DNA from: Candidatus Pacearchaeota archaeon
GTDB lineage: Archaea; Nanobdellota; Nanobdellia; Pacearchaeales; GW2011-AR1
Reading direction: 5' to 3'
Assembly (NCBI GenBank): GCA_018303825.1
Contig: JAGVXK010000007.1
Coordinates: 823-64,822 of the forward strand
Length of the DNA stretch: 64,000 bases
In this document: one piece after another, positions 56,322 through 64,000 of the stretch
Layout of the letters: each line of letters starts with the position of its first letter
How positions within the stretch are numbered: the stretch's first letter is position 1
Notes under the pieces: generated by a model
Database searches by the model: none
Seen by the model: the letters and a program-made list of their open reading frames with translations, nothing else
Told to the model about the DNA's origin: nothing
Position numbers and translations under genes: made by a program

Positions 56322-57401
56322 ATGGTATTAGATTTTGCAAAAGAAGCCATTCAGAACGCTTCTACACATTCTATAAACTTTGATGAATTAAGAGCCGGAA
56401 AGGCTAACATTAAAGTTATTGGATGCGGTGGAGCTGGATGTAATACAATAACTTGGCTTTTCAACAAAGGGATTAATGGAGCAACCATCTATGGAATGAA
56501 CACGGACGCCCTACACTTGAGTATTACCAAAGCCGATGAGAAAATTCTAATCGGTAAGGAGCTTACGAGAGGTTTGGGATGCGGAGGATTTCCACAGAAG
56601 GGGAGAGAAGCAGCTAAAGAATCACTTTCAGAGTTGAAGAAAGCAGTTACAGGGGCAGACATGGTTTTCATATTAGCAGGAGAGGGCGGAGGAACAGGAA
56701 CAGGTTCAGCGCCTGTTGTCGGGCAACTAGCTAAGGAATCGGGAGCTGTTGTTATAGCAGTAGTCACGATGCCTTTCGAATGCGAGAGAGCAAGACATGA
56801 CAAAGCAGAATTCGGATTGCAGGAATTAACAGAAGTTGTTGATACAGCAATCATAATTGATAACAACAGACTTGTAGATATTGCTGGAAACTTGCCTATG
56901 GAGCAGGCATTTGCAGTAGCAAATGAGCTTGTATCTACAATGATTAAGGGTATTGTTGAGACAATCACCCTTCCCAGTTTGATTAACTTAGACTATGCTG
57001 ATGTCAGCGCTATTATGAAGAACGGAGAAGTTGCAGTTATAGGTGTTGGAGAATCTGACACAGCTGCAAGAGTTGAAGAGGCTGTAAAGCAGGCTTTAAC
57101 TCATCCATTACTAGACGTAGACTACAGAGGAGCAACTGGAGCACTGATTCACATTACATGCGGACCAGACTTTAAATTAGAGGAATTCTCTGGAGTAGGA
57201 GAGCTAGTTACAGAAAATATCAGCCAGGAGGCGCAGGTTATTATTGGGGCCAGAATTAACAAAGACTTTCAAAATAAAGTCAGAGTTATTACTATCATGA
57301 CAGGTGTTAAATCGCCTTATGTTATGGGCAGAAGGCAGCAATATACACAAGCAGCACCTACATCTGAGATGTCTGAATTAGGCATAGAAGTCTTCCGTTA
57401 G
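56322..57401 (+). CDS. ftsZ: Cell division protein FtsZ
   Basis: GCGGAGCN, tubulin signature GGGTGTGSAPVV, NTDALHL, T7-loop region. Confidence 0.85.
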   Translation: MVLDFAKEAIQNASTHSINFDELRAGKANIKVIGCGGAGCNTITWLFNKGINGATIYGMNTDALHLSITKADEKILIGKELTRGLGCGGFPQKGREAAKESLSELKKAVTGADMVFILAGEGGGTGTGSAPVVGQLAKESGAVVIAVVTMPFECERARHDKAEFGLQELTEVVDTAIIIDNNRLVDIAGNLPMEQAFAVANELVSTMIKGIVETITLPSLINLDYADVSAIMKNGEVAVIGVGESDTAARVEEAVKQALTHPLLDVDYRGATGALIHITCGPDFKLEEFSGVGELVTENISQEAQVIIGARINKDFQNKVRVITIMTGVKSPYVMGRRQQYTQAAPTSEMSELGIEVFR

Positions 57402-57452
57402 AACCAAGGTTCTAAGATTCCTATGCTAAGATAACGATTAGGAGAAGAAAAT

Positions 57453-57881
57453 TTATTTTTTCTTTTTATCTTCTTCCTTTTTTATTTTTTCTCGATACAT
57501 TATCCACTGCGGTTTTCCAGGAAGTTTATTTTGAAAGCCCAATTTTATTGGTAACTTTGGAAAATTTATCCACGAGTTCATCCAGCCGCGATTAGTTTTG
57601 ATGAGATAGTGGCCTGCAGGGTATTTCTTATCTCTTTTTATGAAAATAATCGTTCCGTTATTCTTTATTTTATTTTTATTTTCTTTTCTTACTTTGCTGT
57701 AAAGGTAATTGAGTCCCCTTTTTTTCAAAACTTTAGTTAAATCTCTGCAATAATATCCTTTTGTTGAGGCGTTTTTTTCATTTCTAAATAGCTTTTTTGT
57801 TTTTTTGTATGATTTATTTATTATACATGCAGTGCAAGCTATACCACAGCCCATTGAATCTTCTTGCGCAATTGATCTCAT
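57453..57881 (-). CDS. Papain-like (C39-like) cysteine peptidase domain protein
   Basis: QEDSMGCGIACTACI (Gln/Cys) and a downstream His (AGHYLIK) in the C39-type order; Lys-rich tail. Confidence 0.4.
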   Translation of the reverse strand: MRSIAQEDSMGCGIACTACIINKSYKKTKKLFRNEKNASTKGYYCRDLTKVLKKRGLNYLYSKVRKENKNKIKNNGTIIFIKRDKKYPAGHYLIKTNRGWMNSWINFPKLPIKLGFQNKLPGKPQWIMYREKIKKEEDKKKK

Positions 57882-57889
57882 TTTAGAAA

Positions 57890-58474
57890 TCAGTAAGCAT
57901 CCCTATGTGCTACGTTTGGATCTTCGAAGGCGCTTGGCCGCCTGAAGCCTTCCCATTTTTCCCAGAAGATTGACCTTTCAAGAGAAAGCTTCTTTTGCTT
58001 TCCTGTTCTGCCTTTGACAGGCTTTTCATATCCTATTGGGATTATTGCCTCTACTTGGATGTGTTCAGGAATACCAAGTATTTGTCTTATTAATTCATCT
58101 TTGTATTCGCCCACCCAGCAGGAATCTAATCCAAGGTCTGTTAACTTTAGAATTAAAGTCATTATTGTTGCTCCTGCTTGCTGTCTTGAATATACTCTTC
58201 CTCTTTCTCCATATTGTTTTTCTAAATGGGTGTCATCAGAGCAGACAACGACAAGAATTCCAGATTCAGATATCCAATGCTGGCTTGAAAGTTTTGCTAT
58301 TTTTTCTATTGTTTCTGGGTATTCAACAATGAGAAATTTTAGATGATTCATATTTCCCGCAAATGGACCCTGGTTTGCAGCATCTATGGCAAGCATTACG
58401 TCTTTCCACGATGCTCGTTTGTCTTTAAATGATCTTGCACAATGTCTTTTGTTGATTATCTTGTCAAAATCCAT
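57890..58474 (-). CDS. Nitroreductase-family protein
   Basis: KRHCARSF (RRSxRxF-like) N-terminal motif and nitroreductase fold length. Confidence 0.65.
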   Translation of the reverse strand: MDFDKIINKRHCARSFKDKRASWKDVMLAIDAANQGPFAGNMNHLKFLIVEYPETIEKIAKLSSQHWISESGILVVVCSDDTHLEKQYGERGRVYSRQQAGATIMTLILKLTDLGLDSCWVGEYKDELIRQILGIPEHIQVEAIIPIGYEKPVKGRTGKQKKLSLERSIFWEKWEGFRRPSAFEDPNVAHRDAY

Positions 58475-58494
58475 GTTTTACATAAGATTATAGG

Positions 58495-59589
58495 TTATTT
58501 AAGTCTTATTTCTCCGCCGCCAAGACAAACATCTTTATTGTAAAGAACAAGGTGCTGACCTTCTGCTATGCCTGAAACGGGCTTTGATAATGTGAAGATA
58601 TAATTATTTTTTACTTTTTTTAATTTTCCAGGTAATAAATTTCCGAGGTGTCTTATTCTTGCTTTTAATTGACTTGGAATTATTTGAGTATTGTTAATTA
58701 AATGAATATTTTTAATTATTATTTGTGATTTTTTTAACAACTCGTGGTCTTCCGGAACAATTATAAGTGTGTTGGGCTTTTGCTTCTCAGCAATATACCA
58801 TTTTTTATTGTCTTCTTTTGGCCTTTGAAAATTAATTCCTATGCTTTTGTGTGCTCTCTGCCCAATAGTGTAATAGAAAATACCATCATGTCTTCCTATT
58901 ACATGGTTGTTTGGGTTTTTAACTATTCCTGCTTTACGTTTTATTCTTTTTTCAAGGAAAGATTTCATGTTTTGTTCTCCAATAAAGCATATCCCAGAAG
59001 TGCCGTGCTTGTTCCAATTTGGAAATTTCAGTTTTTTTGCGAGATTTCTGACTTCATTCTTTTTTAGGTTGCCAATTGGGAATAAAGTGTGTTTTAAAAT
59101 ATCTTCGGATAGTTCATACAGAAAGTAGCTTTGGTCTTTTGTTTTATCTTTTCCAGAAAGTAATTGATAACCTGACTTGATTTTTTTTATTCGAGCATAA
59201 TGGCCTGTTGCAATAAAATCTATCTTTCTTTTCTTTGCTTCTTTTAATAACCAAGGGAATTTAATTATTTTATTACATGAAATATCAGGGTTTGGTGTTC
59301 TTCCTGATTTGTATTCATTAAACATTAGTTTAACTACTTGGTTTTTATATTGTTTTTCTAAATCAAGAGTTATAAAAGGAATTTCTAATTCTGTGGCTAT
59401 TCTAATTGCCATTTGTCTTTCTTTTCTCCATACGCATTGGTTTGTTAATGGGTCTTTTGTGTCTGAGAAGCATTTTAGAAAACAGCCCATTACATCATAT
59501 CTTTGTTTTTTTAATAAATAAGCAGCTATAGATGAATCTACTCCACCAGACATGCCAAGCAAGACTTTTGGTTTTAGTTGTTTATTCAT
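58495..59589 (-). CDS. mnmA: tRNA-specific 2-thiouridylase MnmA
   Basis: PP-loop LGMSGGVDSS, catalytic Cys region, 364 aa. Confidence 0.8.
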   Translation of the reverse strand: MNKQLKPKVLLGMSGGVDSSIAAYLLKKQRYDVMGCFLKCFSDTKDPLTNQCVWRKERQMAIRIATELEIPFITLDLEKQYKNQVVKLMFNEYKSGRTPNPDISCNKIIKFPWLLKEAKKRKIDFIATGHYARIKKIKSGYQLLSGKDKTKDQSYFLYELSEDILKHTLFPIGNLKKNEVRNLAKKLKFPNWNKHGTSGICFIGEQNMKSFLEKRIKRKAGIVKNPNNHVIGRHDGIFYYTIGQRAHKSIGINFQRPKEDNKKWYIAEKQKPNTLIIVPEDHELLKKSQIIIKNIHLINNTQIIPSQLKARIRHLGNLLPGKLKKVKNNYIFTLSKPVSGIAEGQHLVLYNKDVCLGGGEIRLK

Positions 59590-59624
59590 AATACTTTTGT
59601 GATTCTTCTATTTAAAAAGAGAAC

Positions 59625-59768
59625 GTCCCCTGGAAGATTCGAACTTCCGACCCTCTGATTTCTCTAAAGGCCTACCATCAGTAAGTCCAACTTCTAACAG
59701 TCAGATGCTCTACCGGTTGCTCCCTTCCTAACATTTTATTGTCGTGGAAAAGTCTGAGCTAAGGGGAC
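59625..59768 (-). tRNA. tRNA-Asn (GTT) interrupted by two introns (D-loop and canonical 37/38)
   Basis: Minus-strand acceptor 5'-GTCCCCT ... AGGGGAC-G-3'; D-stem GCTC...GAGC with ~36-nt insert; anticodon stem TCTGA/TCAGA, loop CTGTTA|A with ~35-nt insert; T-arm GGAAG-TTCGAAT-CTTCC. Exon boundaries are approximate. Confidence 0.6.
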
Positions 59769-59855
59769 AAATTCATCTAATCCTAAGACTAAATGATTAT
59801 TAAGAATCTGATAGTAGTTATTTAAAGCTTTTGGGATTACCATATATTGTCGCAA

Positions 59856-60380
59856 TTACTTTCCTTTCTTGTCTTTCTTTAGGCCGAGGTCATCTGGGAA
59901 TTTCTTCTTTTCAGCGTTCATCCTTTCAAGGAAGTTATATACATTTGACTGCTTTGAGCCACGTATTAGGTTTGTCAGGGCAGTTATTACCTCTTGCATC
60001 AAATCTGCGGGAGCAATTATGCCTATATCATTTCCTCTTATTGCTAAATGTGAGAGGGTAATGTTTTCTATTGCTCTTTTTGTTTTTCCCTCTGTGCCTA
60101 TCAATCTTGCTCTAACATCCTCAAGCTTTTTTCTATGTGTGAATTTCTTTATATTAATATGTTGGAATAGAATATCCTGGTCTTTCAACATTAGGGCTTT
60201 TTTTGCTGAAAAACCAAAATTAATTGCTTCAAGAACTATCATTGCTTCATATTCATCTACCGCTTCTCCAGAAATGTCCGCTTTTTTGCCGGTTATAGTT
60301 ATTGAGACATTTAGCTTGTCTTCCAGTTCTTTCTTGTTTTTCTTTAATTCTTTTGTGCTGTTAAAAATTAGTGTTTCCAT
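59856..60380 (-). CDS. KH-domain RNA-binding protein (Dim2/Pno1-like)
   Basis: IGTEGKTKRAIEN GxxG KH motif; two KH-like repeats. Confidence 0.6.
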   Translation of the reverse strand: METLIFNSTKELKKNKKELEDKLNVSITITGKKADISGEAVDEYEAMIVLEAINFGFSAKKALMLKDQDILFQHINIKKFTHRKKLEDVRARLIGTEGKTKRAIENITLSHLAIRGNDIGIIAPADLMQEVITALTNLIRGSKQSNVYNFLERMNAEKKKFPDDLGLKKDKKGK

Positions 60381-60434
60381 CTTAGGGCAACTGCGTTTCC
60401 TTCAAGTTCAACCTTCCCGGGATTATTTTAGTTA

Positions 60435-60734
60435 TCATAATAATTTTAGGGCAAAGGGTATTCCAGATATTTCAGATACTCCCTCTTTTGCGATTATCCC
60501 CTCTTCTAAGGCTATTTTTACTGATTCTTTGCCGACAATATTGAATGTGGCATCTTCCACAATTTCTACTTTGATTAGTTTTCTTAATTGAACTCCATTT
60601 ATTTCAATATTTTTGTAGAAATTCTCCCTTAAATCAAGCTGCCTTTTTTCATCCTCGAATTTTTTTCCAATTAATTCTGAGTCGCAAATTGCCACGACTT
60701 TTCTGTAGCTTTTGTGTATCTTTGTGCAAAACAT
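60435..60734 (-). CDS. Hypothetical protein (small conserved archaeal-type)
   Basis: 99-aa ORF in a translation-factor neighbourhood. Confidence 0.35.
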   Translation of the reverse strand: MFCTKIHKSYRKVVAICDSELIGKKFEDEKRQLDLRENFYKNIEINGVQLRKLIKVEIVEDATFNIVGKESVKIALEEGIIAKEGVSEISGIPFALKLL

Positions 60735-60844
60735 ATTTTTATTTGATTAAATAGGGTTATAAAATTATCTATTGAGTATAGTGTATTTTAATTGGTTTTG
60801 AACGGATAGAAATTAATTTAAATGATATCTGCTAAGAATTTTTC

Positions 60845-61954
60845 ATGTTTCAGGATGTTTTTATTATTGGGACTACAGGAAAAGTAGGAAGAACCTTAGT
60901 CAGGCAAATGTTTGCAAATAATGATGTGGATTCAGAAAAGCATGAAAATCCAACCAGAATCATTGGTTTAGCTTCTAGTTCAGAATTTGTTCATGATTTC
61001 CAAGGAATAGGTTCTAGAACAGCCAAGGGATTTACGAATGGTTCTATGGGTGGAAGAAAGTATTATGGATTAATGGAAATTTTTGAACTCATGCAGGAGA
61101 AATATCTTCCAAGCAGACAAAATAATCTTGTTTTTGTTGATGCTACAACTGGGGGAAAGGAATTGCTTGAACTGCATGATGAAATAATTAGTGAAAGTGA
61201 TTATGGAATTGTTACAGCTAATAAGAATCCATTGGTATTGTCGGACTTTAAAACCTTTAATTTATTAACTAAGAATGTTTTCAGATATGGTTATAGGTGT
61301 TCAGTTATGGCTGGCGCTGATGCTGTTGATTTTTTGAGAGATGCTCGGGATTTGGGTGATTCTCTGCTCGGTTTAGAAGCCTGCCTTTCGGGAACTCTTG
61401 GATTTATCACAACTGAATTGCACAAAAGAAAGAATTTTTCAGATATTTTAAATGATGCTTATCATAGAGGATATACGGAACCTAATCCTGCTGATGATTT
61501 GAGCGGGATTGATGTTGGAAAGAAGATAACAATTTTGGCAAGAACATCTGGATTTGATGTTAATTTGGAGGATGTTGAAGTTGAATCCTTTGTTCCTATG
61601 AAATATCTTCTTGAAAAAGATCCTGAAGTTCTTATAAAAAAAATGCAAAGTTTTGACAGTTTTTTCAGGGAGAAAGTTGCTATTGCAGAAGGAAAAGGCA
61701 ATGTATTAAGATATCTTGCAAGAATTGACATAAATGGAGATAAAGTTAAATTAAGAATTGGTTTGGTAGATGTGCCAAGGGATAGCGAGTTTGGGATTTT
61801 ATCTGGCAGGATAAATAAAGTAAAGATAAATACGGATACTTATAATGAGAATGATCCTTATATTGTTTCGGCTCCCGGAGCAGGATTGAATGTTACTGCT
61901 AGAAATATAAGAAGAGATTTGCTCTGGCAATTGGAGAATAGGATTGCCATTTAA
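60845..61954 (+). CDS. hom: Homoserine dehydrogenase-like
   Basis: N-terminal Rossmann FIIGTTGKVGRTL; GYTEPNPADDLSGIDVGKKITILAR matches the HSD catalytic-region signature. Confidence 0.55.
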   Translation: MFQDVFIIGTTGKVGRTLVRQMFANNDVDSEKHENPTRIIGLASSSEFVHDFQGIGSRTAKGFTNGSMGGRKYYGLMEIFELMQEKYLPSRQNNLVFVDATTGGKELLELHDEIISESDYGIVTANKNPLVLSDFKTFNLLTKNVFRYGYRCSVMAGADAVDFLRDARDLGDSLLGLEACLSGTLGFITTELHKRKNFSDILNDAYHRGYTEPNPADDLSGIDVGKKITILARTSGFDVNLEDVEVESFVPMKYLLEKDPEVLIKKMQSFDSFFREKVAIAEGKGNVLRYLARIDINGDKVKLRIGLVDVPRDSEFGILSGRINKVKINTDTYNENDPYIVSAPGAGLNVTARNIRRDLLWQLENRIAI

Positions 61955-61961
61955 TTTTTGT

Positions 61962-62372
61962 TTAAATCAAGCTCTTGACAGGGGATTTGGCTCCGCAGGC
62001 AAGGCAGTGCTTGAATTTTATTCCTTTTTCACTTACTATTTCAGTGTCTGGTTTCTTGCATTCATTGCATAAGACAAATTCTTTTGAGTATAGCTGCATT
62101 TTTTCATTTACTTTAATAGATGGAACTTTTGTATTTAATACCAAACGGTCATTTTCGAGTTTTCCAGAAGTTGCAAGTTCTCTTTGAAGGAATTTTCCTA
62201 TATGTTCAACAGGCCTTCTGACATAACCTGCTATTTGGGAGATGTTGGTTATAATTGTATTTTTTCCCTCTACCATTCCCTGAACTGGTGGGATTTCAAA
62301 CCTATCGCTTCCTGTCTGGACTACCTTTACTTTCTTGTATGCTTCATTTAACAGGGATTCATAATCTTCCAT
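61962..62372 (-). CDS. eif2b: Translation initiation factor 2 subunit beta (aIF-2 beta)
   Basis: RFEIPPVQ...IAGYVRRPVEHIGKFLQRELATSG and zinc ribbon CNECKKPDT...CLACGA. Confidence 0.85.
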   Translation of the reverse strand: MEDYESLLNEAYKKVKVVQTGSDRFEIPPVQGMVEGKNTIITNISQIAGYVRRPVEHIGKFLQRELATSGKLENDRLVLNTKVPSIKVNEKMQLYSKEFVLCNECKKPDTEIVSEKGIKFKHCLACGAKSPVKSLI

Positions 62373-62422
62373 AACTAGATTGAATTAATAGGGTTTATAA
62401 AGTTTGATTTCTTCCGTGAAGA

Positions 62423-63007
62423 ATGGTGGCAAAAGAGAAATTGAGGGGGAGAAGGCTTGCCTTGACTATACTTTTGGGAATTTTTGTTGCTATAATGCTT
62501 ACTATTTTTGTTAATTTGGTTGTAAGTTATTTCTATGAAGGACCTCAGTATGATAAATATTGTGCTGGTTCAATGAGGGAGCCATATCCTATAAAGTATG
62601 GCTACGATGTTGGAATCTGCCAGAATTGCACCTATTCACAGGTATTGCAAGAGCAGGTTGATTCGTGCCAGAAGGATGGGGGAAATGCAGTCTATAATTA
62701 TGATTCTAGAGGCTGTACTGTAAGTTTGAAGAGCTGTGATATGTGCAATAAGGAATTCAATGACGCACAGAATGCATACAATAGGAGGACTTTCTTTATT
62801 TATGCAATAGTCGGATTTATCTTGATAGTATTTGGATTGTTTGCTTCAAGTTTGTTGTTGCAGATAGTTTCCCTGCCTTCTGGGGCTTTCCTAGTCATTG
62901 AAGCAGCAACAAAGAATTTTGATGATAAGCTGTTTGTTATAATCACTTTCGGACTGCTTATTATTGCGGCTCTCTATTTGGCGATAAAGAAATTGAAGTT
63001 GAATTAA
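62423..63007 (+). CDS. Membrane protein with Cys-rich extracytoplasmic domain
   Basis: N- and C-terminal TM helices around a segment with 10 cysteines. Confidence 0.4.
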   Translation: MVAKEKLRGRRLALTILLGIFVAIMLTIFVNLVVSYFYEGPQYDKYCAGSMREPYPIKYGYDVGICQNCTYSQVLQEQVDSCQKDGGNAVYNYDSRGCTVSLKSCDMCNKEFNDAQNAYNRRTFFIYAIVGFILIVFGLFASSLLLQIVSLPSGAFLVIEAATKNFDDKLFVIITFGLLIIAALYLAIKKLKLN

Positions 63008-63309
63008 TCAGTTTCATCCAATATAATCTTCTTTTCGAATGAACCTCTCTCGTTTGCCTTGCTTTGTCTAATTTCTTCCAAATCTGCCTTAGAAAGATTA
63101 TTTGATTTTGCTATGGAATGAATAACTTCAAGAATATCTGCCAGTTCTTCAGAATTTTCTGATTTTAAATATTCATTTACTTCTTCTAATAGTTTTTCAT
63201 TCAGCTTTGATTTATATTCATGTGGAGAAGCGATATGTGTTTTTGGAACCTTTCCCTTATTATTTATTATATCTGGAATTTTATCTCTTACTAACTTGTT
63301 ATATTTCAT
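63004..63309 (-). CDS. MazG-like nucleotide pyrophosphohydrolase
   Basis: KLVRDKIPDII ... EELADILEVIHSIA ... ERGSFEKKIIL, typical of the all-alpha NTP-PPase family. Confidence 0.65.
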   Translation of the reverse strand: MKYNKLVRDKIPDIINNKGKVPKTHIASPHEYKSKLNEKLLEEVNEYLKSENSEELADILEVIHSIAKSNNLSKADLEEIRQSKANERGSFEKKIILDETD

Positions 63310-63315
63310 TCTATT

Positions 63316-63954
63316 TTATCCGAGCCATCGAAGCCTTGATGGTCTTGGTTCGTATATGAGCCCGTCTTCAAGAAGTTTCTTTATTTCCTTATTGATTATT
63401 TCCGGAGGTTCTTTTAGTTCTAAGATTATCTTTTCTACATCAATTCCGGAATCTTTCTCTGCTTCCTTTATCATATTGGTAAGTTTGTCTTTTAATTCTG
63501 TTAGCTTGGTTTTATCCAGGGATTTTGGCATATCTGCCTCTAATTCCAGCTTTCTTACGAGGAGGAATGACGGTTCCTTTTTCTTTATTATTTCAGGAGT
63601 TATGTAAATTTCATTATTCCACATCCTTACCATGCCTATCACAAGGATAGTATCTCCCTGATTTAAATCAAGGAACTTATGGATATCATCTCCAAAGGAT
63701 TTGACTTTTATATTTCCTGTTGCATCATCCAACGTTATTGTTGCATACTTTTTTTCATCAGAATCCTGCACATATTTGTCTATTATATTTGCTATTACAT
63801 TGACTCTTGCTATTTGTTTTTCTTCTATTTCCAGGAATCTTAGCCTGTCTGCATCGACAATCGGTTTTCCAGAAAGGATTGAACCAATTCTTAGCTTAAA
63901 TGCCACATTTCTTTTGAATTGCTGTTCTGCCATTTTCTTTTTTATCTTTGTCAA
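63316..63954 (-). CDS. RPA32-like single-stranded DNA-binding protein (OB fold + C-terminal winged helix)
   Basis: OB-fold segment VNVIANIID...ATITLDDATGNIKVKSF...GDTILVIGMV and C-terminal wH LKEPPEIINKEIKKLLEDGLIYE. Confidence 0.5.
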   Translation of the reverse strand: MTKIKKKMAEQQFKRNVAFKLRIGSILSGKPIVDADRLRFLEIEEKQIARVNVIANIIDKYVQDSDEKKYATITLDDATGNIKVKSFGDDIHKFLDLNQGDTILVIGMVRMWNNEIYITPEIIKKKEPSFLLVRKLELEADMPKSLDKTKLTELKDKLTNMIKEAEKDSGIDVEKIILELKEPPEIINKEIKKLLEDGLIYEPRPSRLRWLG

Positions 63955-64000
63955 CTATTAAGCCAATTATTATATTATAAATCTTTATATTCTGTGAATA

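Noticed and set aside
1-64000. CRISPR arrays, rRNA genes, transposases/IS elements
   Set aside because: No regularly spaced direct repeats with unique spacers were seen. There were no long GC-rich structured stretches, and no DDE/HUH or integrase-like ORFs. Only the small repeats reported above were found.

Overview
The window reads as an AT-rich archaeal chromosome segment (about one-third GC by eye) with DPANN-like features. It is gene-dense and uses both strands with short intergenic spacers.

The archaeal assignment rests on hallmark proteins recognised directly from the translations: TATA-binding protein, TFE, aIF-1A, aIF-2 beta, RNA polymerase subunit L, tRNA-splicing endonuclease, GatD/GatE, an archaeal-type AspRS and LeuRS, an archaeosine-type tRNA-guanine transglycosylase core, FtsZ, and deoxyhypusine synthase. 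Several proteins look bacterial or horizontally acquired: a bacterial-type truncated AlaRS, MnmA, a sigma-70 region-4-like HTH, GatCAB and a QxxRW processive family-2 glycosyltransferase.

Two tRNAs are present. One is tRNA-Arg(TCG). The other is a tRNA-Asn(GTT) on the minus strand that appears to be split by two introns, one at the canonical 37/38 site and one inside the D-loop.

No CRISPR array, rRNA or obvious IS/transposase was seen.

The most unusual locus is at 26.4-31.5 kb. A 13-bp tandem repeat and a perfect palindromic operator-like motif sit upstream of a small winged-helix (wHTH) gene whose stop overlaps the start of a 1305-aa gene. That gene encodes a signal-anchored, Asn/Thr/Ser-rich beta-helix-like surface protein carrying an extreme density of N-x-S/T sequons, and it is followed by a membrane coiled-coil protein. 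The same palindrome recurs upstream of two other genes.

Other notable items:
- An 80-nt conserved element occurs twice (1.9 kb and 54.2 kb).
- TFE carries a roughly 60-aa poly-Lys/Arg tail.
- An acylphosphatase domain is fused to cis-prenyltransferase (UppS).
- A DUF1937-like gene has no usable start codon.
- A GC-richer islet lies at 45.9-47.3 kb.
- Two toxin-antitoxin-like modules were recognised, VapBC and HEPN/MNT, plus an uncharacterised wHTH/nucleotidyltransferase pair.
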